Below, in pieces: positions 1 to 7,821 of a stretch of DNA of 64,000 nt. The stretch lies in sequence record MW812339.1; one strand, 5' to 3'. Both the position numbers and the translations under genes were made by a program. Numbering within the stretch: the stretch's first letter is position 1; each line of letters starts with the position of its first letter. Below the pieces are notes generated by a model that worked only from the letters and a program-made list of their open reading frames with translations, was not told the DNA's origin and did no database searches.

Positions 1-276
1 ACACGTCGTCCCGTAATAATGCAACGGGATAACCTTCTCATCGCCCCACATTCCACGGAGTTGTGAAAGGATAAGCGTTGGGTCGGGTGGAATGAACGTC
101 AGGAAATTTTCGCCTTTGCCCAGTCCCGTAACAATAGACTTTACGGTCTGCTCGGCGTAACTCGCCAGAAACAAATAAGCAACAGCGGGCTCGACCTCGC
201 TAGTATCAGCAAGTTCGGCCCGATGCAGTAATGACTCCTGCTCGAAGATTTCAGCAATAGTCAAATATAGTTTCAT
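1..276 (-). CDS. Hypothetical protein, 5' part (runs off window)
   Basis: ATG at 276 overlaps the stop of 273..827 (ATGA); frame open to position 1 (MKLYLTIAEIFEQESLLHRAEL...). Confidence 0.7.
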   Translation of the reverse strand, partial: MKLYLTIAEIFEQESLLHRAELADTSEVEPAVAYLFLASYAEQTVKSIVTGLGKGENFLTFIPPDPTLILSQLRGMWGDEKVIPLHYYGTTC

Positions 277-827
277 TCGCAGATTAACACCACATCATTG
301 AACGCATCCCCAACGTGGGTAAAGTATCGCCCTGGATACAGAGACTCTATCAGTCCAGCGAACCCGGTGAGAAGCGTCAGTTCCTTTTCCAGTAACGCCG
401 CAGCGGCTTCAAACGCCAGTGCATGTTGTTCGTCACTGCCCTCGGCGGTTAAGAACGTCGATACCCCAATCTCGCCTTTCGCAAACTGGTCAGTAATCAC
501 CAGATTGTTCATATCGAGTCCCAAGGTCTTTTCAGGCGGCTCAGTCTGGAGAATCGTTAGCCCCGAATCATCCGTCACGTCCTGCCAATCGCCTAATGGG
601 TCATAGGTATCTTCCGTCAGCAGCTCAAGCATCTGCTGAGGGTCGCGGGTCTTTACACCGATGATGTATGCATACGCAAATCGCTGGTAGAAGTCACGGA
701 TTGTGAACTCATTCAGCTCGAGGTTACTTGCCTCCAACACAGCCAGCGTCGCTTCACGAACTTGCTCGTAAAACTTGCTGGCACCGTACTGATTTGCGAT
801 GTCCGCCACGTCAAACATTACTCTCAT
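273..827 (-). CDS. Hypothetical protein, 184 aa
   Basis: Part of a tightly coupled minus-strand operon; GGAGG SD upstream. Confidence 0.75.
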   Translation of the reverse strand: MRVMFDVADIANQYGASKFYEQVREATLAVLEASNLELNEFTIRDFYQRFAYAYIIGVKTRDPQQMLELLTEDTYDPLGDWQDVTDDSGLTILQTEPPEKTLGLDMNNLVITDQFAKGEIGVSTFLTAEGSDEQHALAFEAAAALLEKELTLLTGFAGLIESLYPGRYFTHVGDAFNDVVLICE

Positions 828-1330
828 AACACGCCTCCGAGATTTCCGATAAGCAGGTCGATTACCGGAAGCAGTTGTGGGGTAATGTGTTCGTAAGCCT
901 GCGGATTATTCCAGTCTGGAAACTTTAACCCCTGACTGTAATCCAACAAGAACTCAACCGAACTTGGGTCATGCGTGGTGTACTGCGCAGCCACCCAGCG
1001 GCCATAGTGCGTGAACCAGTATGGGGAACTGGATACCGCGGTCATATACGCACGTCCTACAGATTGGATAGCTGCTCCGTAGGTGATGACCTGATCGTTC
1101 TCCAGGATGACACCGAGTGCATTCAGTTCACGAGCCACGTAATTAAACGTACCATTCATCATGAACTTTAACTCGCCGACGGTACCCTCCTGAACAAACT
1201 GCATCGCGGTGTTAATGATACCATTCAAATCATCATTAACCTCGCGGAGAATATCGTTCGGTGGCAGTTCCGTTAAAGGCCCCGCCAGGAACAGATACTC
1301 TGGGATGAGAAAGTGCGATCGTTCAAGCAC
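824..1330 (-). CDS. Hypothetical protein, 168 aa
   Basis: Overlapping start/stop coupling with neighbours. Confidence 0.7.
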   Translation of the reverse strand: MLERSHFLIPEYLFLAGPLTELPPNDILREVNDDLNGIINTAMQFVQEGTVGELKFMMNGTFNYVARELNALGVILENDQVITYGAAIQSVGRAYMTAVSSSPYWFTHYGRWVAAQYTTHDPSSVEFLLDYSQGLKFPDWNNPQAYEHITPQLLPVIDLLIGNLGGVL

Positions 1331-1724
1331 AGTAAGAAACCCCTGTAGTTAACATTTTCCAGATACCGTCTCCTACATGCCAGAGGAGAAAGTCGGATTG
1401 TGGGAGGAACGTCATGTCACGGTGAACAGCCCACCAGATACCGTGATCTACTTTCAACGTGTCCTCCAGCAGATGCAACAACCAATACTTGTCAGTGGTG
1501 CTGGTAGAAAACAACGGATTGTCACGAACATAGTCCATGAAAAGACTGCGAACAATGCCATCAACAATACCGTATTTTTTCTCGAGCACATGGAGTCGAA
1601 CTATCTGCTCAATGTACCCATCTATCTCAACCGCCGCATCCACGTAATCGAGGTCTGCGACGTTCTTGAGTATTCCCAGCAGTTTCCCAGTGAGTTCAGG
1701 AAACTCAGCGTATACTGTCATCAT
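1323..1724 (-). CDS. Hypothetical protein, 133 aa
   Basis: Coupled ORF in the same operon. Confidence 0.7.
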   Translation of the reverse strand: MMTVYAEFPELTGKLLGILKNVADLDYVDAAVEIDGYIEQIVRLHVLEKKYGIVDGIVRSLFMDYVRDNPLFSTSTTDKYWLLHLLEDTLKVDHGIWWAVHRDMTFLPQSDFLLWHVGDGIWKMLTTGVSYCA

Positions 1725-2079
1725 AAACGTCTGTAACCTTTCGTGGAATGAAACGGAGGATTCTGTCCACCTGATTAAAGTGATACCTAAACCCTTTGGG
1801 AGGAATGCCCATTTCCTCGCAGATGGATCGGTGGACGTGACATGAGATCATATGCACATCACGTGGCGTAGATTTTGGACGATACGACTTCACGATTAAC
1901 GCAGCAACCTGAGCATCCCAGGTTCCGTGCTCGTTGAACGTCGGTATCATGTGCTCAATCAAAACCAGGATGATGTGCTTGAGTCCCGTCGACATGTCGT
2001 AGCCCGTAAAGTACACATCGGATGGGTCATTCAGAATCTTCAGGTAGGCGGTCGAGGCGATGTGATCTATCAACACCAT
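1705..2079 (-). CDS. Hypothetical protein (start uncertain; ATG 2079 chosen)
   Basis: ORF track 1705..2142; internal ATG reduces overlap with upstream gene. Confidence 0.55.
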   Translation of the reverse strand: MVLIDHIASTAYLKILNDPSDVYFTGYDMSTGLKHIILVLIEHMIPTFNEHGTWDAQVAALIVKSYRPKSTPRDVHMISCHVHRSICEEMGIPPKGFRYHFNQVDRILRFIPRKVTDVYDDSIR

Positions 2080-2590
2080 TCGGACGGTACCGCTTGTTAG
2101 GGAAGCATTGTCTGTAGTGGATGAATCTGATGTCTTCTCCAATTTGCAGCTCCAACTGTTGAATCTGCCCGCGGTGTGTTACATGTGGTTCTAACTTCAC
2201 AGTCGCGTAACGGTTATAAGGATGCTTGGCGGTTTTCAAACTGTTCTCCACCAATGCGGCGACATTATCCACAAAGGCGTTGTAACAATCTTCAAAGGCC
2301 AACCCGATAAGATATTGCGTTGAACGTAAAACGGCTACGGTCTGTCGCTCTTTCGAGATAGGGGCACCCAGTCCTTCACTTGAAACGTAAGTCCGCTGTG
2401 TTTCCACCATCTTCGGTGGCAGTATCAGCTGGTCTGCAACAAGCATCATGGTGAGATCGAATGCGTCAGTATAAGGTTCCAACAAAGGTTCCAGTCGTGC
2501 GTTAGGCATTTCTGGTACCGAATAGAAAATGTCTTCCAGTGCTGTATGCAGTAGTTGTACAGTTACGGCTTCACGTTCCTTTTGGCTCAT
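2027..2590 (-). CDS. Hypothetical protein, about 187 aa
   Basis: ATG 2590 overlaps stop of 2587..2904 (ATGA), preferred over ORF-track start 2788. Confidence 0.7.
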   Translation of the reverse strand: MSQKEREAVTVQLLHTALEDIFYSVPEMPNARLEPLLEPYTDAFDLTMMLVADQLILPPKMVETQRTYVSSEGLGAPISKERQTVAVLRSTQYLIGLAFEDCYNAFVDNVAALVENSLKTAKHPYNRYATVKLEPHVTHRGQIQQLELQIGEDIRFIHYRQCFPNKRYRPNGVDRSHRLDRLPEDSE

Positions 2591-2904
2591 CCGCAGAGCG
2601 GTAGCGTATTGGGTAGCGTCGACAGCCCCCCAGAAGCTAGAATGAACTTCAGCTGGTTCGAGGTATATTCTGACCACGTTTGCACAACTCCGTTTTTGTA
2701 GTATAAAGGAGAACGATGATGTCGTCCCAAAGCTGAGATGACAAACCACGCCTCCGTGCCAAAGTGAGTTTCCGCAATCGATAACCACTCACGCGGTATC
2801 TCATGCGTCCCCGGATAGATAAGTTCTTGCATTGCGTTCAAGATGAACTCTGCAGGCACGTCATTATCTCGTCCGGGATAAAAGTTAAAGAACATGCGCG
2901 TCAT
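2587..2904 (-). CDS. Hypothetical protein, 105 aa, first gene of operon
   Basis: AAGGAG SD; preceded by the repeated promoter-like motif at 2928-2946. Confidence 0.7.
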   Translation of the reverse strand: MTRMFFNFYPGRDNDVPAEFILNAMQELIYPGTHEIPREWLSIAETHFGTEAWFVISALGRHHRSPLYYKNGVVQTWSEYTSNQLKFILASGGLSTLPNTLPLCG

Positions 2905-2927
2905 CGAAAATGCTCCTTAAGGATAAT

Positions 2928-2946
2928 TCACGAAGATAATATCTAT
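2928..2946 (-). promoter_or_regulatory. Putative early phage promoter motif (ATAGATATTATCTTCGTGA)
   Basis: Near-identical copies at 5897-5918, 8385-8404, 15374-15388, 62200-62216, all upstream of minus-strand non-structural genes. Confidence 0.65.
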
Positions 2947-3067
2947 GCAAAAATTCTTCGAGTGGTGGTGCGCACATAAAGGTCAGGAAACGTATTTTAA
3001 TGCATATCCGTGGGTTAGCATTACCCGATGGTATGAACTGTCCTACGTGCTTTATAGGAGCTTTAGA

Positions 3068-3880
3068 ATGAACGTCATTGATTACTGTCTGCGGAAGATT
3101 CGCCGCGACATTCCCGAGCCCATTCTACGGGCAGCATTTGTACCCGACAATCTAAAGCTGCTGGGTATTGCAAGTTCCGTAGATGATCAGGTTCAACAGA
3201 AGGTGATTCGCGAGTACCTGATACCGGAAGTTTCTCGACTCGGCCAGTATCAGGAAGTTGACTTAGAGGGTATCCCTTGGGACAACGACACACAGGATTA
3301 TTTTAGCCGTATCTATTACTTAGACGACATCAAAACAGGTGGACGTCCAATACTCGATGCGCATATCGCCGTCACTCCGGTCGCCGGACAGGCGTACACA
3401 TTGCCACCAGCAGGTTCCTATCTCGATGGGGCTACCTCAGGGGTACTGGCATCCACTCAACAAGTGGTTGACAGTCAGTCAGCATTCCCACGTATCGCTT
3501 CTCCGGAAGTGGATGTCCTGGGGCCTAACACGATTCGTATCAAAGACCCAGGGATGTTCGTTTACTCAACCAAACTTGCGGTTAAGTACGAACTGTCTCC
3601 TGAGCTGAACGAAATCAAACCGGCCTTCTATCCTCTGGTCGCTGATCTGGCGGTGTTTGCTACCAAGCAATACATCTACAACAAGCTTATCTTCGACATG
3701 GACTCCGGGAAACTGGAGAACGGTATGGAGTTCGGGGCGTTCAAGAACGTTATCGAAAACTACTCTGATGCCGGCCAGATGTTCGACGACAGTGTGCCGA
3801 AGCTGCAACGTGGTCTGGTGCACAACGACAACATCGGCAACCGTTGGAACTACATGTCCGGTGGTCGCTTCAAATCTTAA
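3068..3880 (+). CDS. Conserved jumbo-phage protein, probably virion-associated, 270 aa
   Basis: AGGAG SD before ATG 3068 (MNVIDYCLRKIRRDIP); own terminator; virion role is inference from recalled phiKZ-family homologs. Confidence 0.6.
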   Translation: MNVIDYCLRKIRRDIPEPILRAAFVPDNLKLLGIASSVDDQVQQKVIREYLIPEVSRLGQYQEVDLEGIPWDNDTQDYFSRIYYLDDIKTGGRPILDAHIAVTPVAGQAYTLPPAGSYLDGATSGVLASTQQVVDSQSAFPRIASPEVDVLGPNTIRIKDPGMFVYSTKLAVKYELSPELNEIKPAFYPLVADLAVFATKQYIYNKLIFDMDSGKLENGMEFGAFKNVIENYSDAGQMFDDSVPKLQRGLVHNDNIGNRWNYMSGGRFKS

Positions 3881-3896
3881 GAAAAAAAAAAGACTA

Positions 3897-3922
3897 TACC
3901 TCTACTCATCCGAGTAGAGGTA
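3897..3922. terminator. Bidirectional rho-independent terminator
   Basis: TACCTCTACTC-ATCC-GAGTAGAGGTA, A-run on left, T-run on right, between convergent genes. Confidence 0.85.
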
Positions 3923-3932
3923 CTTTTTCTTT

Positions 3933-4331
3933 TTAACTGGCTGGACCCAACACATCCTTTAAGTGATGGGTAATGCCTGATGTCCAGGCATCGCCTTCGC
4001 GTACAGTCTCTGGCTGGGCGTTCACCAGGCGACGGAGCGAAATGGTGTGCTCTGCCAATCCTGCTACCGGCAACACAGGTCGTACGGTGGCTTGCTTAAC
4101 GTAGTCGACCACGTCATCAAATCCCTCTTTAGATGACCAGTCAATCTCTACGCCGTCACACACATCCAGTTGACGTGTGTTATTTTCTTCATCGGGGTGG
4201 AATGTAAAACCCCAATTGATGGTATCCAGGAGACCGCGGTCAAGGTCATTGACCACTTTAATTTTCGCGAGGGTATCCGGATGCGCCATAATCACGTCCA
4301 GTGGACGCAGTTTACTTTTCATGCTTAGCAT
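3933..4331 (-). CDS. Hypothetical protein, 132 aa
   Basis: AGGAG SD, ends at terminator. Confidence 0.7.
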   Translation of the reverse strand: MLSMKSKLRPLDVIMAHPDTLAKIKVVNDLDRGLLDTINWGFTFHPDEENNTRQLDVCDGVEIDWSSKEGFDDVVDYVKQATVRPVLPVAGLAEHTISLRRLVNAQPETVREGDAWTSGITHHLKDVLGPAS

Positions 4332-4392
4332 CTCCTATGGAATCTATTACAGCACAGACTCCCTACAGGATAGGCTGGTGCCGTAAAAAAGG

Positions 4393-4803
4393 TCAGTGTT
4401 CAGTGCCGAGGGTTTTATAATGCTTATAGTTCAACGTGTGTAGGGCATCCAACACGATGGCGAATACTTCCTCATAAGGAAGTATTTTATTTGTCATGGA
4501 ATAACACATGGAATGAAACAGCGATGGAACCAGCTTAGGAGAATCGGCAAGATTCATCACTTCACTTCTTGAGAGGCATTCACGGGTAGCAACTACCGGA
4601 ACCTCTTCCCCATCGTACACTGCGCGCACTTCGACAATGTCCATTGTGTCGAACCACGGTCTGAATTGTGGCAGGTCAATCATCACGGCAAAAACGTCAC
4701 TGGCCAACTGGCCACTGTACGCACCGTTTACAACTAAGACTGCGGGTATCTTTCCCTGACGCAAACATTCAAAAAAGTTTAACGGGTCCGGATTTACTTT
4801 CAT
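4393..4803 (-). CDS. Hypothetical protein, 136 aa
   Basis: AGGAGG SD. Confidence 0.7.
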   Translation of the reverse strand: MKVNPDPLNFFECLRQGKIPAVLVVNGAYSGQLASDVFAVMIDLPQFRPWFDTMDIVEVRAVYDGEEVPVVATRECLSRSEVMNLADSPKLVPSLFHSMCYSMTNKILPYEEVFAIVLDALHTLNYKHYKTLGTEH

Positions 4804-4855
4804 CGATTATTCCTCCTATATTAACCTGGAAGAGTCGTGAAAAATCAAAAAAAAA

Positions 4856-4875
4856 GAGGGAACCGAAGTTCCCTC
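4856..4875 (-). terminator. Rho-independent terminator
   Basis: GAGGGAAC-TTCG-GTTCCCTC followed by long U-run on minus strand. Confidence 0.85.
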
Positions 4876-4889
4876 AAAAGCATCGACTA

Positions 4890-5843
4890 CTAACCAAAAG
4901 CTTTAACCCATTCCTCACGCGGGAACAGGTCGTATACGTTTTGCGGAATCGTTAGGACGTAGTTCTGGGCGGAACCTTCACGAATCCAATATTCAACGGA
5001 CGGATAAATCTCCGCGGGATTGGGGCCCGTCAAGTCTCTACTCGTCATCAGGATATTTTTATCACCCAGGTACTGGCCATCAGGTAAACGAATCAACGGT
5101 AACCATTTATGTACGAGCTGTACAGTTCCGGTAGACAGCCCGTTGTTAGATACCAGAGTGTCCAAGTCTAATCGAGTTGGGTCGAGTTGTTTACACAACG
5201 TTTGGAACAACGCTTTGTTGTACGGGTCTACCTGGATAAACAATCGGTGCCAGGTGCCTGTACCGAACGGATTGTAAATGTTATTCCATTCAGACCAACC
5301 TGCACGCAATGCATTTATTGCCTTCATCGGTGTATCGATTTTTGTCGGCAGGTTGAACGGTGTTAATGCGTAGTCCCTAGTAGGCGCTTCACCGGTAGCG
5401 CGTTCGTAGGCTTCACGTAAGCGGCGCATCTTGATACGCAAAGCATCGCCCACGTAGACCAGCAGGCGACCTTCATCAGGGTTACTGCTACGTTCGGTAT
5501 AGAGAGCATCACCAAAGTGTCTGACGAACTCTATAGCCAGGAATCTGGTGTGGTACGTTGGTGAGACGTACTCGATAAAGTCATTCGGTTGGAAATGGAA
5601 GTGGGGTAACGATTCACCGCTCGCCCATTTGTGCATGAACTTGAATTCAAATCGGCTATACTGCATGGCGTCTTCTACTGCGCGGACTGCTTCCCAGGCA
5701 TGGATGTTCGTACGGAACATCGAACCGAATGGATAGAACCTGCGAGGAAGGAATGGGCGAATACGAGTGGCTTCTTCTAAAGAGAAACCGTCCTGGTGCA
5801 TACCTTCAATAGCACTCACGTTGTTGCGATGGAAATGTTGCAT
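4890..5843 (-). CDS. Hypothetical protein, 317 aa
   Basis: Long ORF with upstream promoter motif and downstream terminator. Confidence 0.75.
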   Translation of the reverse strand: MQHFHRNNVSAIEGMHQDGFSLEEATRIRPFLPRRFYPFGSMFRTNIHAWEAVRAVEDAMQYSRFEFKFMHKWASGESLPHFHFQPNDFIEYVSPTYHTRFLAIEFVRHFGDALYTERSSNPDEGRLLVYVGDALRIKMRRLREAYERATGEAPTRDYALTPFNLPTKIDTPMKAINALRAGWSEWNNIYNPFGTGTWHRLFIQVDPYNKALFQTLCKQLDPTRLDLDTLVSNNGLSTGTVQLVHKWLPLIRLPDGQYLGDKNILMTSRDLTGPNPAEIYPSVEYWIREGSAQNYVLTIPQNVYDLFPREEWVKAFG

Positions 5844-5896
5844 AGTCGAATACCTTCTAGTCGAATAGGATAAGATTGTGATGAGGCTTTCTCATC

Positions 5897-5918
5897 TCAC
5901 GTAGATAATATCTATCTG
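5897..5918 (-). promoter_or_regulatory. Putative early phage promoter motif (CAGATAGATATTATCTACGTGA)
   Basis: Repeated intergenic motif, about 55 nt upstream of 4890..5843. Confidence 0.7.
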
Positions 5919-5952
5919 TCTTATTTTCGAATACAAAAAAAGAAAAGGAGTT

Positions 5953-5976
5953 GTCCTCACTCCGAAGAGTGAGGAC
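5953..5976 (-). terminator. Rho-independent terminator
   Basis: 10-bp stem GTCCTCACTC/GAGTGAGGAC, UUCG loop, U-rich tail on minus strand. Confidence 0.8.
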
Positions 5977-6075
5977 TTCCCTGGGTGTTGGCATGTAAAT
6001 CTACAAAGGTCTTACACAGGTCAATCAGACGAGGGCTAATCGTCAGGAACTTAGCTACTGGGCGTTAGCTAATCT

Positions 6076-6552
6076 TTAACGCAGGGTGTCAACAGTTCGA
6101 CCGTGACTGTTCGTAACAAACACCTGGTCACCCGGATAGAAGAACTCGTAACGCACCGTATTGGCGCGATACCCTGGGTCTTCTTCATCCCGGAATTCTG
6201 GTAAAGCATACGTCAGCACACCGATAGCATCATCCAGTGGATTAATGCCTTTAACGTTGGCTACCGCAATAGATTCTTTCGGCAGATGGCCATCACCGTT
6301 ATCGTGCACTGTTATTTCAACGCAGCTGATTTGGTGTGCCACAGATGCCGTTTCTTCATCAGTACCGATAAACGCAGTACCGGTAGAAACGACCTTGCCA
6401 TGTCCGTCTGTAGGCAGCGGAACAGGGCTAGACGATTCTTTCACCAATGCCAAAGCATCAGAGAAGACCGCAGAGGTATGATCGCCGAGTGTGTACTCTT
6501 CCAGTTCGAGTGGGGAGCGATTACCTTTCACATTACGCATGATCGTAAACAT
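6076..6552 (-). CDS. Hypothetical protein, about 158 aa
   Basis: ATG 6552 (MFTIMRNVKG) behind AAGG and a CAA-rich unstructured leader. Confidence 0.65.
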   Translation of the reverse strand: MFTIMRNVKGNRSPLELEEYTLGDHTSAVFSDALALVKESSSPVPLPTDGHGKVVSTGTAFIGTDEETASVAHQISCVEITVHDNGDGHLPKESIAVANVKGINPLDDAIGVLTYALPEFRDEEDPGYRANTVRYEFFYPGDQVFVTNSHGRTVDTLR

Positions 6553-6641
6553 GATTGTTACCTTTTTGTTGCTATTGCTTCTATTGTTGTTGTTCCGTGT
6601 CATTTCCCACACGGGTGGGTTCGGTTGTTAGCCGAATAAGT

Positions 6642-6920
6642 TTTTCCGGGATGGTATTACACATCAACACACCAGGCATGGATAGAAGTTGGCTTCCATC
6701 CCGGAAAAGAGGTCACAGACCGAGGGCTCGTGAAGGCTCGATGGATAAGCGTCAATAAAAACCCTTTCAGCCTCTGGTCTGTATTAGGTCCAAAGTCCCC
6801 GTGCGGAGGAGCAGCCCATGCAGGTAGGCGGCAATTGACACGGAGACTAAGGATAGGTTTTCGTGTTACCCTGACCGGATGAATGGATGTCTTCGGAACG
6901 TCTTCAGGATAGGGTAACAC
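6642..6920 (-). ncRNA. Four tandem 55-70 nt stem-closed structured units (ncRNA candidates)
   Basis: Closing stems 6642-54/6696-6708 (13 bp perfect), 6715-25/6771-82, 6794-6803/6839-48, 6863-72/6911-20 (10 bp perfect); no credible ORF. Confidence 0.5.
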
Positions 6921-6925
6921 AAAAG

Positions 6926-7030
6926 TGGTGCTGTGTACTGGGGACTCGAACCCCAGGAACCCTTAGGGTGTTCAGTGGTGAGCTTTTACCTCACGACCTA
7001 CTTAGGTTTGGCCACTTCCTTACACACAGC
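6926..7030 (-). ncRNA. Non-canonical tRNA-like RNA, 105 nt, encoded CCA
   Basis: GCTGTGTG/TACACAGC acceptor, type-II-like D arm, GGTTCGAGTCC T arm, long variable arm, extended bulged anticodon arm, ACCA end. Confidence 0.7.
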
Positions 7031-7039
7031 ATTGTAATG

Positions 7040-7112
7040 CGACTCTGGCAGGACTTGAACCTGCGACATATGGATTAACAGTCCACCGTTCTACCGACTG
7101 AACTACAGAGTC
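7040..7112 (-). tRNA. trnN: tRNA-Asn(GUU)
   Basis: Canonical cloverleaf GACTCTG/CAGAGTC, loop CTGTTAA, T loop TTCAAGT; CCA not encoded. Confidence 0.95.
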
Positions 7113-7120
7113 CTAATAGG

Positions 7121-7195
7121 CGAGCACCGAGCGGGAATCGAACCCGCGAATATCCGATTATGAGTCGGGTGTTAACCAGCTTAACAGCCGGGCTC
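7121..7195 (-). tRNA. tRNA with CAU anticodon (Ile2-like loop) and irregular acceptor stem
   Basis: Loop CTCATAA in CCCGA/TCGGA stem, T arm GCGGG-TTCGATT-CCCGC; acceptor GAGCCCGG/TCGGTGCTC has an extra pair and a bulge; G discriminator. Confidence 0.75.
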
Positions 7196-7196
7196 T

Positions 7197-7261
7197 TGTC
7201 CTTGATGGATTTGAACCATCCTCGTCATTTGACTGACGACCCCAGACCGACCGGGAAAGAC
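7197..7261 (-). ncRNA. Minimal tRNA-like element, 65 nt
   Basis: Intact T arm GATGG-TTCAAAT-CCATC, 6-bp acceptor GTCTTT/AAGGAC, 6-bp anticodon-like stem with 6-nt loop GTCAAA, shortened D arm. Confidence 0.55.
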
Positions 7262-7265
7262 CATT

Positions 7266-7355
7266 GTGGGGCGAGGGAACGTCCAGGCTTCCGCCCAGAG
7301 ACATGGGGTGCGAATCCGTCATGTCTGTCATCACTGATGGTGACAACGCTCCCAC
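7266..7355 (-). ncRNA. Four-way-junction structured RNA candidate, 90 nt (not a tRNA)
   Basis: Closing stem GTGGGAGCG/CGCCCCAC; arms TGTCA/TGACA, GACATG/CATGTC, TCTGGGC-GGAA-GCCTGGA (GNRA loop). Confidence 0.55.
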
Positions 7356-7359
7356 TGTT

Positions 7360-7440
7360 TGGCTCCGTGATGTGGAGTTGAACCACACTTCTCTCTAGCC
7401 GGTGGAGACGTAAGAGAATCTAAGCCGACTTAGTCACGGC
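7360..7440 (-). ncRNA. Non-canonical tRNA-like RNA, 81 nt, encoded CCA
   Basis: GCCGTGA/TCACGGA acceptor (G1-A72 mismatch), GCCA end, T arm TGTGG-TTCAACT-CCACA, 5-bp D stem with 4-nt loop, elongated bulged anticodon arm. Confidence 0.65.
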
Positions 7441-7448
7441 AATACGGT

Positions 7449-7518
7449 CGTCGGTTATGGGATTCTAACCCACCTAGTCTGGTCGCGAGCCCAGTGCATC
7501 ACAGTTTTGCTTACCGAC
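7449..7518 (-). ncRNA. Degenerate tRNA (CGC-like anticodon, 8-nt loop, mutated T loop)
   Basis: GTCGGT/ACCGAC acceptor, GCA/TGC D stem, CTGG/CCAG stem with loop GCTCGCGA, T loop TTAGAAT. Confidence 0.55.
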
Positions 7519-7587
7519 ATGGAAATAGAAGGAGTAGGCGTGTAACGACGCCTCGTGTTAGTTGCTCGTCCGTAGACGCTACCCTTA

Positions 7588-7660
7588 GGGCATCCTGGTG
7601 AGGAGTCGAACCTCAACCGTTTCCTGCATAAGCCGGATACGGTGTTCCACAACCCAGGCG
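7588..7660 (-). ncRNA. Non-canonical tRNA-like RNA with extended anticodon arm
   Basis: T arm TGAGG-TTCGACT-CCTCA, acceptor CGCCTGG/CCAGGATG with bulge, 3-bp D stem, long CGT..TCC/GGA..ACG arm. Confidence 0.55.
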
Positions 7661-7665
7661 ACTGA

Positions 7666-7815
7666 AGTCGTACCCCTAAGGCTCTCCTTAGGAAAAGGGT
7701 GACACCCCTCCGAATTTCACGGAGTTCTCAAGGCTGCACTAGCTGAACGATTTACGAACCGCTGTAAGGCTGCCAGTTATCTTCGCTGCTCATTGGCGGC
7801 GAGTAACCAGTGTCA
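7666..7815 (-). ncRNA. Multi-hairpin structured element downstream of the HNH gene
   Basis: TGACAC/GTGTCA closing pair, CTCCG/CGGAG and TCGC/GCGA arms, CCTAAGG-AGAG-CCTTAGG hairpin. Confidence 0.35.
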
Positions 7816-7821
7816 TTGTTC

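Noticed and set aside
2945-3067. N-terminal extension of the 311-aa ORF
   Set aside because: Overlaps the divergent promoter motif; a strong AGGAG SD supports ATG 3068
7197-7261. Selenocysteine or opal-suppressor tRNA (TCA in loop)
   Set aside because: Loop GTCAAA is 6 nt and U33 registration gives CAA; no long variable arm or 13-bp acceptor/T helix
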